A DNA stretch of 63,762 bases, filler included, from Octopus bimaculoides (GCF_001194135.2; 6 parts of 6 records of this genome joined end to end with filler, not necessarily neighbours in it); one strand, 5' to 3'; positions 1 through 13,200 are shown, counted from the whole stretch's first letter. Translations and numbers: made by a program. The notes: generated from the sequence alone by a model not told the origin.

Positions 1-356
1 CTCTAAAAGAAATGGAAAAACTTTCAAAATACAAAGACCTGGAAATAGAGATAACTCGAATGTGGAATCTAAAAACAGAAACAATTCCTATCATAGTAGG
101 TGCCTTAGGTATAATAAAAAAATATTCAGACAAATACATAACAAAAACACCAGGACTTACAAATATATAAAACATACAGAAAATTGCACTACTGGGCACT
201 GCACACATCCTACGCAAAACACTTTCAATACAGTAACCATAAGAGCATCACAGCAAACCACAGCACATACCCAAGGCGCACAGAGCTGCGCTCGGTAGTG
301 AAGTGAAAGCACGTTATAAAAATAAAACTACTGAACAATAATAATAATAATAATAT
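1..356 (+). mobile_element. 3' end of R4/Dong-type RLE non-LTR retrotransposon with (AAT)n tail
   Basis: Frame from base 3 reads LKEMEKLSKYKDLEIEITRMWNLKTETIPIIVGALGIIKK...IQKIALLGTAHILRKTLSIQ* (one internal stop). This is the typical restriction-like endonuclease C-terminus, followed by a short 3' UTR and (AAT)n at about 340-356. Confidence 0.85.
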
Positions 357-449
357 ATTATGTCCTGAAACTGCATCCTGTTGTGGCAAGAAAAGGAAAC
401 AGATTTGAAAGAAGATGGTAATAAAAATGATGATGATAATGATAATAAT

Positions 450-1685
450 AATAATAATTCTTTTATTGGCCACAAGGGCTTACATAAAATTACATTAAGA
501 GACATACAACAACATAAAAGACAAAAACAGGACGATACAATGGGTTTTACATGTAAACAATATAATAACAATTAAAAATTAAACAATTTAAAATTCCCAA
601 TAGAGGAGGTGCTTTAAGGACCTCGTGGAAAACCCCACAAAAGCCACAGGTGCCTGAACAACAGAGCAAGTGCCCTTCTCCTTTTGGTTACAGGTGCACG
701 CTCAGAATTGGTCCTTTCACACAGGCCATTCTTCTAACATTCACCCACCTTTCAACAAACTTACTACAAGGTAACACTTCCCTTCCACCCTCAACTTCCT
801 TTTCAAGTGAAACTTGAAAAAGTTAATGAGGGCTTGACCAAAGAGGAAAGTGTCTGTCCTTAGCTCTTTCAAATGGGTCCACCATACTACTTCTTTCGCT
901 ACAGCCATGAGACAAATAAAAATTGCCTTCCCCTCCTGGCCAAAAGAGGGTGGTGGAGCAATCCTCACAATGGATTCAGCTGATAGTCAGATTCGTCTAA
1001 CACGCAACAGCAGGTGTTTGACATAAACCCACAGGTCAGCGATACTTGGACACAGGACTTGAGTGTGCAGAACGGTTTCATCGTTCTGGGTGCACCTCGG
1101 GTAGGTCCAGCTGACGGCACTTCTGTGCCTGTAAAGTTTATCCCAAACAGGCAGTGCCCCTCAGTTGCACTGCCAGGCAAGGGATTTCTGGAAATTATCC
1201 ATAGGCCCAGGCGCAAAAGTTCTCTGAAACAGACCAGTTAGTTGATCTTCATCAACGCCCAGAGTTTCCCTGAGAATGTTGTCAAACTTTCCCTCCACTA
1301 GCCCTCTATAGAATGCTGGAGCAGAACTACCACCAGCTGCATTACCCACCTGGCAGAGGGCTGTGAGCACTTGATGGCACTCGAGATGCCAAGCGCCCCT
1401 CCCCAATCTATGCCTAATCTAGGATTACAGCTCAGTTAAAGAGATGAGCTGTAGAAAAATGTGTCTTACAAATGGTGACCACACCTGCTCACCATCAAGG
1501 AAACGCTGGAAATGCCACAACCTCAGCGCATGCTTGCACATCAGTAACTACGGCATGCCCAGCCTTCCATTCAGTGGCTGTTGACAGCAGATGGAACGCC
1601 TGTCCAGTGGAACACCCCGCTCCACAGAAAGCAGAAGAGTAAATGCACCAGCTTGGTCAACAAGCAAACAAGGCAAAGGACAACA
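450..1685 (-). mobile_element. 5'-truncated, decayed Tx1/L1-clade LINE ORF2 3' portion
   Basis: Minus-strand frames give RRSICCQQPLNGRLGMP, AWQCN*GALPVWDKLYRH, a degenerate zf-RVT knuckle (PRCTQNDETVLHTQVLCPSIADLW) and LMAVAKEVVWW...FFKFHLKRKLRVE. AATAAA followed by an (ATT)n tail lies at about 450-478. Confidence 0.75.
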
Positions 1686-2049
1686 GTCAAGCAGTAGTAA
1701 TAATAATAATAATTAATAGAATCCACAACAAAATCAACCAAAAGAGAAAGAACAGCAGACAGATAATCATAAGTACTATAAAATAGTTGGTTTATGAGTT
1801 ACACACACACAAGCTATGCAACACCCCCCCCCCCTAAAACATACAAGAATAAACTCATACTGTAAATACACAACAAAATGAACAAAACCCACAACATGTG
1901 CCATACAAGGCCAGAACCTGACAGAAGAACATAACCTATGCTGCACAAACAACACAATATAAAAACTAATACAACAGGAGACTCAAACAAAACCTCATAG
2001 CAAAACGTACTGATACAATACAATACCCCCCTTCCCCCTAAAAAATGCA

Positions 2050-5000
2050 GCACAGAGGTGCAACAAATGATCCAACAGAAAGTTGCCTGAAACTTTCAGA
2101 TGTCGAAAAATAATAGTGGTGACGACGATGGTGATGAACGTCACCTTACCTCAGTTTATGAGAGACAGGAGTTTCCAAAGAAACTGATTGTCACAGCGAA
2201 AATGAAGTTGGACCTTTAAGAGAAGGCCTCTGACTTGACAGTGGTTCAGTAAAGATGCAGACTGACTACAGCTCTTATCCTAATACAGCATCAGCAGCTA
2301 ATAGAGCAAAGAGAAGGAAGTGGACCAGCAAAAAAAAAACAGGATAGTGATGTAGTGTTACTTAGAAAGTGAACCTAAAAGAAGGGGCTATAGAAAACGG
2401 ATGTTAACACTTTGGATAGAGAAGGGTATGTTTAAAGTGACTGAGCAGAGTTTAGTTGATCAAGCTAATGCTATTAGGAGAAGAAAGTGGATGACAAAAT
2501 TAGAGGTAGAAGAGATCATAAGAGAACTGGAAAAGAAAGACAAGGCAGTGGGAAAGACAAACAACAACATAAGAGATACATCCCAAACCAAAGAAGAACC
2601 TAAAGAAGAAAAAAAATAATAGCGCTACCACTAAGGAAGGGACAACTGGCACCAGTGATTTAAGTGAGGAAGATCAGAAGATTTTAGATGAGTTACAGGA
2701 AGTAATGAGTAAAGTAAGAAAAAGATTGCCAGCATTAAAAGACATCAACAGAAGGAATCTACAAGAAATGATAGGAAAGTAGATTCTATTATCAGTAGGA
2801 TAAATGCTAAAAATATAGAAGACACTAACTTAGTGGTCTATGCAGGAGGGGTAGTAGTCACCAGAAGATTAGATATCTCACAGGGAAAGATTATAAAAGA
2901 GCAAATGTGGAAAAAGAGACTACAAAATAAAGTGAAGACTTTAAGACAAGATCTGAGTAGAATAGAAGCCTGGAAAACAAACAAACAAGTTAGGAAACAC
3001 AAGATGCAAATCTTCCCTTGAGGAAAGACACTTAGTCAATGAGAAAGGATTTGGGACAGTAATAGAAGAGTTGAAACAGAATATCATAGCAGTAGCAGGG
3101 AAACTCTCCAGATATCAGAACAGAATAGATCAGTATCAACAGAATAGATTATTTGAGACAGACCAGAGGAAATGTTATAAGCAAATAAAATAGTAGAGAA
3201 CAAAGTACTGAAGATGAGAAATCTAACGCAGAAGAAGCTAGAAAGTTCTGGAGTAATATTTGGGATAAACCAGTCATTCGTAATGGAGATGCAGTATGGT
3301 TAAAGAAAGTGAAGGAAGAAGTTGTGAGTGAGAAATAGCCAGATCTAAGATTAACAAGTACATTAATGAGTAAAGTGTTAGGTAAAATGCTGAATTGGAA
3401 GGGCCCGGGACCAGATTTAGTCCAAGGGTACTGGCTAAAGAAATTCAATAGTTTACTTGGGAAGCTGAGAGAACAAATTCACGATTGCCTTAATGGAGGA
3501 ATAATACCAGATTGGATGACTAGAAGGAGAACAATACTCATTATGAAGGATAGGAGCAAGGGTAATACATATAGAAACCATAAACCAATCACTTGCTTAC
3601 CATTAGTGTGAAAGCAGTTAACAGGGATGTTTTCAGAAAGCATTTACAAGCACATCGACAACCAGAATTTACCAGAAAAACAGAAAGGTTGCAGGAAGAA
3701 GGCTAGAGGAATGCACGATCTATTATATATAGCGTTTTACTAAGAATGAAAAAGAGATAGATTCCTTAATACAGACTGTAAGACTCTTCAGCAAAGATAT
3801 AGGCATGCAATTTGGCATAGATAAGTGTGCGATCATAGTCATGAGAAGGGGATAGGTAGTCAACAGTGAAGGTATTCAATTATCAGATGGTTAGACATTA
3901 AAATCATTGAAAGGAAGAGAGAGTTATAATTATTTAGGAGTATTAGAATCTGACAGAGTACTAACAACAGAAATAAAACGAAGATTGAGGAGTACATCAG
4001 AAAGGCGAGGAAGCTAAGGAAGTCAAAGCTAAATGGTCCGAATCTAGTGAAGGTTGTAAATACTTGGGCAGTATCATTACTTAGATACTCTGTAGCTTTT
4101 GTAGACTGGACAAAAATTGAATTAGCAAAGGCAGACAGAAGAACTAGAAAAGAATTCAATATGAATGGAAGACTCTACCCAAGGGCAGAAGTAGCAAGAT
4201 ATACCTACCTAGAAAAGAAGACAGAAGAGGGTTAATAACAGTAGGAGACTGTGTGAAGTTAGCTAGAGTAGATATAGACTCCTATGTAGGTAATAGCGAA
4301 GAAAGTTTATTAGAAGCTGCTAAATCACAGTAAGACATAGGGCAATCAAAACACCAAACGAAGTTAAAAACTAGAAGAAAGAACAGAGATTATCTGACTG
4401 GCAGGAGAAAGCATTGCATGGTAGATTCCCAAAGATAGCTGCAGCAAATAGTAGTTGTGAGACATGGTTATGGTTGCAGAAAGGAAAGTTGAAGAGGGGG
4501 ACAGAAAGTTTGTTAGTAGCTGCATAAGATCAAGCATTCAAGACTAATTGGATAAAAGCCAAAATAGACAAAAACTAAGTTGATTCCCAATGTAGATTAT
4601 GCAAATCAAAAGCGAAATGTGTTACTCATATTGTAAGTAAATGTAGAATGCTGGCACAGAAAGAATACAAGAAAAGACATGACAATCTAGGGAGAGTAAT
4701 CTACCGGGAGTTACGTAGAAAGCTAGGATTTGAACATACTGATAAATGGTATGAACATGAACCTAGTAAAGTACTAGAAAGTAAGAAATACAAGATGTTG
4801 GGGACTTTAATATTCAGACTAACAGAGCTAGAAGGCTTGATTTATTATAGTAGATAAAGAGAATAGAAAGTGCCAGATAGTTGACTTTACAGTCCCAAAT
4901 GATGAAAAAAGTTAATAAGAGAGGTATAGAAAAATAGCAAAGTACCAGGACCTTGCTATTGAATTACAGAGACTATGGAAAGTGTGGGTAAAATGTATTC

Positions 5001-5060
5001 CAGTAGTTATAGGTGCATTGGGAACTATCCTTAAACATCTGAACAGATGGATAGAGGAAA
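2050..5060 (+). mobile_element. Near full-length decayed R4/Dong-type LINE with RT core deleted
   Basis: N-terminal RRKWT...GYRKRMLTLWIEKG...TEQSLVDQANAI; RT N-part NWKGPGPDLVQGYWLK, PITCLP; KVVNTWAVSLLRY; zinc knuckle CRLCK...HIVSKC; RLE end KYQDLAIELQRLWKVWVKCIPVVIGALG. Many stops and frameshifts. Confidence 0.85.
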
Positions 5061-5601
5061 AGCCTAATCATCGCAGCCCAGGACCAGGCATTGAATACCA
5101 GACAAGTGCAACGGACCTCTGCAGAATGTGTAGGAAGAGGGTCGAATGCGTGCCTCACATTGTTAGTGCTTGTGAAAATTTTGTGTAGAAAATGTACGAG
5201 CATAAACATGACAAGGTAGCCCAAAACCTCCACTGGCTACTATGCCGTAAATATGGATATGAGATTACAGGTATTTGGTACCAACATACATCTGAAAAGG
5301 TAATGGGCGAAAAGAGGAAGGCAAAAATCCTCTGGGACTTTGACTTTCAGACAGACAAGGGGATACTTGTTAACTGGTCACGCTTCAAGTACCCTGCGAA
5401 GAATTCTTGGAGTTGCAAGCAATGCTAATTTTTGTAGATGTTCTACCTTCACACTTGCGTCGATCTTTTTCAACCATGTAGATATAGTAACATTTAGGAG
5501 GGGCAAACAAGAACGCGTAATAATTGACGTGGCCGACACTTTCCATCGTACCCAGCAATATAAGTTGAGAGTTTTCATATAATAATAATAATAATAATAA
5601 C

Positions 5602-5641
<40 letters not shown>
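5061..5641 (+). mobile_element. Rearranged 3' fragment of another R4/Dong-type LINE with (AAT)n tail
   Basis: SLIIAAQDQALN...CRMCRKRVECVPHIVSAC...HDKVAQNLHWLLC...ILWDFDFQTDK, then DIVTFRRGKQERVIIDVA. The C-terminal LQKLALLATPRILRRVLEA* lies on the minus strand at about 5372-5479. (AAT)n tail at 5580-5641. Confidence 0.8.
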
Positions 5642-6044
5642 GACAATACGAAGAGTGCGATGTGATTGCAGTAGATATTTTATTGGTTGGACGATATTTC
5701 GACAGCTCGCCTGTCTTTGTTATGTTCAAAATGAAAAGTGATACATAAAAATTCAAAATTATAGAAATTCAAATCCAAATTTTGAACGAGGGCAATCAGC
5801 ATTCCACATTGATGGAATGACATCATCAGCTTTCAATTTTCAAATTTATAACTGGCAAAAAGAAAAAGAGGAAAAGAAAAGAAAAGAAACAAGAACAGGA
5901 GAAAGAAGAAAATTATTTAATGAAACAATTTTGTGTAAATATGATGAAATTCTCCTGTCATTTTATTCATCACTCCGGGGCATGCTGTTAATAACTCACA
6001 AACATCTCTCCTCATGCATTTTGAGAATTGAAAGTGTAGCAGAT

Positions 6045-7815
6045 TGAATCTTTTTCCAGTGGTGTTCTCTGTCTATTATTTTAACTTCATCCCACAGGGG
6101 TGGTGGTGGTCTTCGTTTTTCCATACCTGAGCAGCTAGACCCGATTTATCGATATCACCTCGTGTCACAGCTTTGCGTTGTTCCTCTACAATTATTTTGA
6201 GGGGGTGACATGTTTCGCCTTTGTATAACGTACCACAGCTGCATGGGATGGAGTACACGCAGTCTTTGGCCATATTCTCTTCCATTGGTGGTTTTACTCG
6301 AAGAAGATATATACTGTCCCGATCTCATATGGGCCGCATATCTTTTGTATCTTTTCGGAGAGGCCTTTCACATAGGGTAGACAGACTGTGGTCAGTTTAT
6401 GGGTCTCATCCTCTCTTCTCTTCATAATTGGAGTGGACAGTATGTCTTGGGAGTAGTTGTTACTTAATAGATTGTTACTTAGCTTGATCATTTCTTCGTG
6501 GTGTGTATCAGGATCGCTACTTATATTCTTTGCTCGACGTTTTAAGCACTGAGCAATCCCTCTCTTTACACTGTATGGATGGTGGGAATTGAAGTTGAGG
6601 TATCGTCCAGTGAAGGTTGGCTTGCGGTATACGGATGTCCTGGATCAATACTTGGTGCGTATTATTAATACGTCCAGGAATGCTGATTGTCTTTTTCCTT
6701 TTCTATTGTGAACTGTATGGATGGCTTTATTGAGTTCACATGATCTAATAGTACTTGGACATCTTCCTGGTGGGGCCAGAGTATAAAGGTGTCATCAACA
6801 TACCGCAGCTATAGGGTTGGTTTTAGTGGTGTTGATCCTAAACCCAAATTCTCAAACTATTCCATGTATATATTGGCTAAACCCTCTTCCTATCGAAATA
6901 TATCGGTGTCTATTCTGAAGAAGGTAGTTTCTACACAGAAGGTCAACATTTCCATCAAGTTTCCTAGTGGTATACTAATGCGTTCTTTTAGATAGGTGTC
7001 TGTCACCAATTTTTCTTGAATCATCAGTTGGGACTTTGATGAGTCTTCACCATCTGATTGGATCCAATGGGGGTATCCTTGATCAATTCTGTGAAGTGGA
7101 TGGGAATCTTCACGTACAATGTTGACTTTCCTCCTAATAGACTGATTATAATCCATAAGGAAGCGGCTCGGTGGATGACATGCTGAACCTCTACATCTCA
7201 CTATAGGTCTTAATGGAATACCATCCTTGTGAATCTTAGGAAGACCGTACATGTGTGGTAGCTTACTATAGTGGTGAGTCAGTTGTCTGTACTTCATTGG
7301 TGTAAAGAGATCCTTGTTCTTGATCAAGATCTGTGACAACTTCCTCTCTGTTTTCAGAGTTGGGTCTTTCTTTATTTTGCTGTAACTACCATCACTTATG
7401 AGACTTGCCAATTTTTCAGAGGAGTCAGACTTGTTCATCACCACTGTAGCATTTCCCTTCTCCGCTGAAAGTATTATGATGAAATTGTCACTCTGTAGTG
7501 TTTTGATAGCGAGCTTTTCTTCCTTAGTGATGTATGGTTTGGGAAGTTTCGCTTTTTCTAGTACCTGTCTCACTTTCCACCTTATTTCATCTCTCTGAGC
7601 TTTTGGTATCTTCTTGGCTATCTCTTCAATAGGGGCTATTATGTCCAAGTATGGAATGCACTTGATGGTTGTCGCAAAGTTGAGACCTTTTTTTAGTACT
7701 GCTTCTTCAGAACTTTCTAGATGTCGGCTACTTACGTTAGTTACTGCTTTCACGGGTGGGTTACGGACTTCAGTCTTCGTTCTCTGACCTGTGAGATTGT
7801 AGCGTACACTTGAGT
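6045..7815 (-). mobile_element. Decayed Penelope-like element: RT plus GIY-YIG endonuclease
   Basis: ORF 6890-7753 has AVLKKGLNF...AEKGNATVVM...PHMYGLPKIHKDGIPLRPIV. RYVDDTF lies at 6791-6802 (minus). GIY-YIG region VYSIPCSCGTLYKGETCHPLK...WDEVKII at 6076-6285. Confidence 0.9.
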
Positions 7816-7819
7816 GAAA

Positions 7820-8770
7820 TTCCTCTCCTCTCTATTATATATTCATACATACGAACGCAGTAGGTAACAGCTAGCCTTTGGCCGCATTTTGGACCCTGTT
7901 GTGTCCACTACTCTGATTGGTTGGTATTGACGCAATTTGTCTCTTGCTCTATCACGCGCCAATATGCAACCCAACCAATTACAGCCTTCAAATAAGGTCA
8001 CGTGTGACAGCTTGTTTTCTACCCAGCTTTGAGCCTACAACTTTTTATAAAATTCCAGCTTCTCATCGTCTCGATGTCCTTCGGTTCCAGACCTTTTAAG
8101 GTCTAGCCACTGACCACACAAGACACCGCCAGTTCCAGCGACAACACAACAGCAGCCACGTGGTGACTCACCAAGTTCGTCCAACAGCATTTAGCGACTT
8201 CAATCTCCGTTGCCACCATTCGTCCTAACGTCAACATCTCTCTACGTACTCGCACTGGTTACAACACTGCACTGTTCGTGAATATACAACCTGCGAGAAC
8301 CCCTGTACCAAGTGACCCAGGCAGCAGCATCACAGCCACAACCGGCTCTGCATCATCGCCGCAACTTCTTGATACAGCATTTCAACTATAGTGTACAATT
8401 GACTACGAACTGGTATTTATCATTCTTGTGTCTATGAACTTACTCCTCACTTCACGCACACGTCTATGCCTATATACACACATACATCTTGTTCTTATGA
8501 CGGCCTATTATTCTGTATATATGACGCACACACGATCAGACATGCTAACATATCAATAAATTTTCTCTTAAACACTCTGCCTGGTTATTCTCTTATTTCC
8601 CTCTGGCACATATATACACTGTTCTATTAATATTTATTGTATCGACCGTGTGATGTACTAAGGAGCCATTCTCATCACCTCGCTTCGCACGGACGTCACA
8701 AATCGGCGACCCGTTCCAGCTCCTTGAAACTGCAAAAATAATTATAATGAGAGCAGGAGATACTCCACGG
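7820..8770. other. Unassigned insertion of about 0.9 kb with LTR-like promoter architecture
   Basis: Splits two collinear Penelope segments. On plus it carries GATTGG/CCAAT boxes (7915-7975), TCACGTG (about 7998), TATAAAA (about 8045) and AATAAA (about 8555). No TSD or clean TG...CA ends found. Confidence 0.3.
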
Positions 8771-8779
8771 GTATCATAA

Positions 8780-9163
8780 ACCTTCCATTCCATTATAAGC
8801 TTCATAAACTTCTTAACCTGGCGTGTCTTCGCCTTTTCAAATTCTTTCTTGTACGACTTTTCTAGATCTTGTTGGATTCTCTTTCTATCATCGTCTCTGG
8901 TTATTCTCCTAAACTTCAATGGAGACATACAGAGAAACTCCACCAGAAATTAGCTCGTCTTTCAAACCATCTAACTTTCCTGTATAGATGTAGAGACTCA
9001 AAGCTAATGCCACTTGGCTTGAATGTGATGACACCAGTGGATTCATATAAAGCTCGAAGAGTAGCGGAAAGGGCAGGACATGCCCTCGTCCGTGAGAGGA
9101 TCCATTATAACCGTTGGAAAAAACATCAACTAAATAACGAAATCAGAGAGAGGTTATCTTCAT
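8780..9163. mobile_element. Penelope-like ORF N-terminus, split by an inversion
   Basis: Plus 8910-9163: EKLHQKLARLSNHLTFLYRCRD...RERI...RERLSSL. Minus 8780-8905: RITRDDDRKRIQQDLEKSYKKEFEKAKTRQVKKFMKL, the segment that normally follows it in PLE ORFs. Confidence 0.7.
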
Positions 9164-10262
9164 TATTTAATTTATGGGATACACTCATAAGCGTTTTATG
9201 CAATAACGTAAACGGAGCAGTCAAACGATCGAACGAAATCGGTGAACTAAGAAAAAAAAATGGAAGAAACTTTCTTTTTTCGGAAGATTTAGGCTGTTGC
9301 ACAAAGTCAAAAGCAAGGCTTGCTATCAAAGAAAATTCAATACCTATTTTCGGGCCCAAATGGAAGACGCCGTTTGAGGTGGTAGACTAGGTCAATAAAT
9401 AACTAGAAAGGTTGAAAAGTCTGAATATAATTAAAAAGATTAACCATGCAGACTGGGCAGCACGTCGGTCTACGTAAAAAAAATAAAAAGCTTCTCAACT
9501 GGATTAAACGACTGTTTACTCACACACTATTACCCACTACCAAGCCCAGAAGTATTTGCTAAACTAAACGGAGTGAAAATTTTCTCGAAGTTAGACCTCT
9601 CAGAGGCGTACCTTCAAATTTAGTTCGCGGAAGATTGCACACATCTACTAACAATCAACACGAACAGTGGATTGTACGAGTTCAAACGACTGCCGTTCGG
9701 AGTAAAAGTGGCACCCGCCATATTCCAATAAATAATGGATGCGATGTTAAGTGATTGCGACTTCGACATCGCATACTTCAATAACATTTTGATAAAGAGC
9801 AAGTTTCGGGTGCAACACGTCGAACACATAAAGAAAGTATTCGAGAAAATAAGTGAATACGGGCTAAAACTGACAGAAGAAAAATGCGAATTTTTTATAG
9901 AAAAAATAAAATACCTAGGTCAAGTAATCGACGAAAGTGGACGCAAGGGTGATGGCAATATGAAATATGCTGTCCCCGACGGATGTGATAATGCTACAAG
10001 CATTCCTAAACTTGGTAAATTATTACTAAGTGTATATCCCAAATATACATAAAGTAAAGGATCACTTAATGAATTACTAAAAAAAAAAATGCCAAATGGA
10101 TTTGAACGGAGAAATACCAGAAAACATCTAATTAGTTAAAAGATGCGTTAACTTCAAACTTGTATCTTACGCATTTCGACCCAGTTAGAGATAATACTAG
10201 CTACAGATGCTAGCGAGAATGGGATAGGAACCGTACTCCTACACAAGGATAACGATGGCAAA
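9164..10262 (+). mobile_element. Decayed Gypsy/Ty3 pol fragment (RT to RNase H)
   Basis: FNLWDTLISVLCN, FSKLDLSEAYLQI, GLYEFKRLPFGVKVAPAIFQ, catalytic motif decayed to AYFNNILI, KCEFFIEKIKYLGQVI, ILATDASENGIGTVLLH. Confidence 0.9.
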
Positions 10263-13200
10263 GTAAATGATGCTTTAAGCTTGATTAAAACAGAAAACGT
10301 CAGTGAAACAAACTAATTAATCATAGCTGTTGCTAATGCCGTGGCTAACATAGTAGGCTACTTGCGGAAAACTGATGATATAAAAGCAAATGAAAAGAAT
10401 GAACCAAACTGGAGGAAGAGAATACGAATCAAGCTGGAAAAGACATGAAAAGAACTGGAGCAACTGAATAGAATAATGAGAGGAAAGCTCAAGAATAAGG
10501 TAATAATCAGAAAATTGAATGGGCAGTACAAATTAGATGAAAGGGGAAAGCAAACATTACATGAAGAATTGACACAAAAGGTAACAACATTAAAGGCCAA
10601 ACTGAAAAAATATGATGCTAGATGCAAAGGTTTTGAACAGAATAGACAGGTTCAATCAAATAGAAGGTGTGTATTTGAGGAAATAGAGGAAGGCCAACAC
10701 CAGGAACTGATCTCAGATGCAGAAAAAAAGTAAAGAATTTTGGGGAAGGCTGTGGAACAGGCCAGCAAGACATAAAGAAAGCGCGGAGTGGCTAACAAAG
10801 ATGGAAAGACAACTTGCAGCTGTACCAAGACAAGAGGACGTCAGAATTAATTTATATACAGAGAGACAGAAGGTTAAAAAATAGCAAATCGGAAAGGACC
10901 AGACACTAGCGTAGCTAGAGTATGTGCCGCCCGGGGCGGCCTTCCATTTTGCTGCCCCCAGATCCCACAAAAAACACAGACTGCCTAGAGCAGACACAAA
11001 AGTTCCGCCCCTATAAAAGTCCCACCCGGGGCGGACCACTCCTACCGCCCCCTGCTAGCTATGCTAGTGGGACCAGGCCTGGATGGAGTACAAGGCTATT
11101 AGCCGAAGACCTCTACACAGTTGCATGAAAGGATCGCTGCGCAGCTGGATGACTGCCTGCAGCAAGGTCACGTCCCTGCTTTGAAAGGGAACTTGGCATC
11201 AACTTTTCAACCTATAACCTGTTTACCACTGATGTGGAAGCATATGACCGGTATATTGGTGGAAGAGTTATACAACCATCTCAAAAGTAACAATCTACTT
11301 CCAGAAGAACAGATAGGATAGCGAAAACAAAGAAGGGAAACAAAAGTTGATAAAACGACAATTAGAAATTGTAGACGCAGATTAATGGCATTGAATGTAG
11401 CATGGCTACATAACAAAAAAAAAAGCATATGATATGGTACCACACAGTTGAATAAGTAAAACAATGAGCGTGTTTGGTATAGCAAAAAAATATGGAGAAA
11501 ATGCTTAATGAAAGTATGAAACATTAGGATACTGAATCGATCGGAAGAAAACAAGAACTCGGAAAAGTGAACAACAGACATGGAATTTTTCAAGGTGATA
11601 ACTTATCTTCATTACTATTTGTATTGGCCATGACACCTCTCACTATGATACTACAAAAAGTTAAAATTGCTCAGAAAAGGAAATGGTCAGATAAATTATC
11701 TTTCTTCATGAATGATATAAAGGTTTATGCGAAAAATAAGAAACAGCTTGAAAGTCTGGTACATACTATCCGCATTTTCTCAAATGATGCAAGTATGGAA
11801 TTTGGGATAGAAAAATGTGTTATATGGAAAATGAAACGAAGAAGACTTGAAAGAAGCCAAGGAATTGAAATGCCAACTTGGGCAAACAATGAGAGCGGTT
11901 GAGAAAGGACAGTGGTATAAGTACTTGGGAATACTGGAAGCAGATGAGATTTTAAAAATGAAGAAACAAAAAAAAATACCAGTAGAGAGTACACAAAGAG
12001 AGTAAGAAAATTATTGCACTCAAAGCTGAATTCCAAAACTTTTATTGAAGCAATAAATTCAAGAGCAGTACCCTTAATCAGATATGGAGTTGGAATTATA
12101 GACTGGACAAAAAAATGATATAAATAAACTTAACAGAAAAACTAGAAGTTGTTGACGATGTATGGAGCTCACCATCCTAAAGCTGATCTCAACCGGCTGT
12201 ATTTGAGGAGAGACCAGGGTGAAAGAGGCTTAGTAGCAGTAGAAGAATGTGCACGGATGGAAAGAAAAAGTCTAGTAGAGTATTTACAGAGTAGCATTGG
12301 AAAACTACTAAATATAGTTAATAAAGAACAGGTGATGAAGCATGTAATAGGAGAAAAGGACAAGAATGAAATACAAAGAGAGCATGTCAGACAGAACAAA
12401 GAGAAACCTCTGCATGGCCACTTTTGAAGAGTCACTGAAGACGTATGTGGAACAAAATCCTGGACTTGGTTAAAAAAAGGGGCAATTAAAAAAAAGAAAC
12501 AGAGAGCCTAATTGTAGCAGCCTAAGATCAAGCGATAAAAACAAACAACTTGAGAAAAAATATGGGAATGTGTCAGATAAATGTAGAGCCTGTGGAACTT
12601 GGAACGAGATAGTGGCACACATTGCAGCAAAATGTCTCAAGTTGGCACAGGAAAAATATAAGAAATGGAGGTACGACCAGATTGTAAAAGTTATACACTG
12701 GAAACTGTGTCAGAAATGGGGATTTGAAGCTGGAAATACATGGCACAATCATCGAGTCGAAAGAGTACTAGAGTCGGAGAAATGTAAAACTGTGGGACTT
12801 ACTTATTCAAACAGACAAATTAGAAAATAATAGAACAAACATAACAATTATAGATAAGGAAAAGAAAAGTTGCTTATTTATCGACCCATCACGCCCGTTT
12901 GATTCCAGGGTCATAAAGAAAGAGGAAGAAAAACAAAAAATACAATCCCTTAAAATTTGAAATAGGAAGAATTTGGAGCATACGAACAGTAAAGGTTATG
13001 CCTATAATAATTGATGCATTAGGAACAGTAAGCAAAGATATAGACGATGGCTGAAGGAGAATGAAATAGAATGCCCGATAGAGCTCCTACTAAAGGTTTG
13101 TCTCTTAGGGAGAGCAAGGATTATCAGGAAGGTTCTAAGCACTTGAAAGACAACTGAAAACTTGTGGATACCTAAGGTTACAGGTAGTAACCCACTACCC

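Noticed and set aside
8869-9390. 173-aa ORF as a novel gene
   Set aside because: Chance read-through joining an antisense piece, a Penelope N-terminus and a Gypsy fragment.
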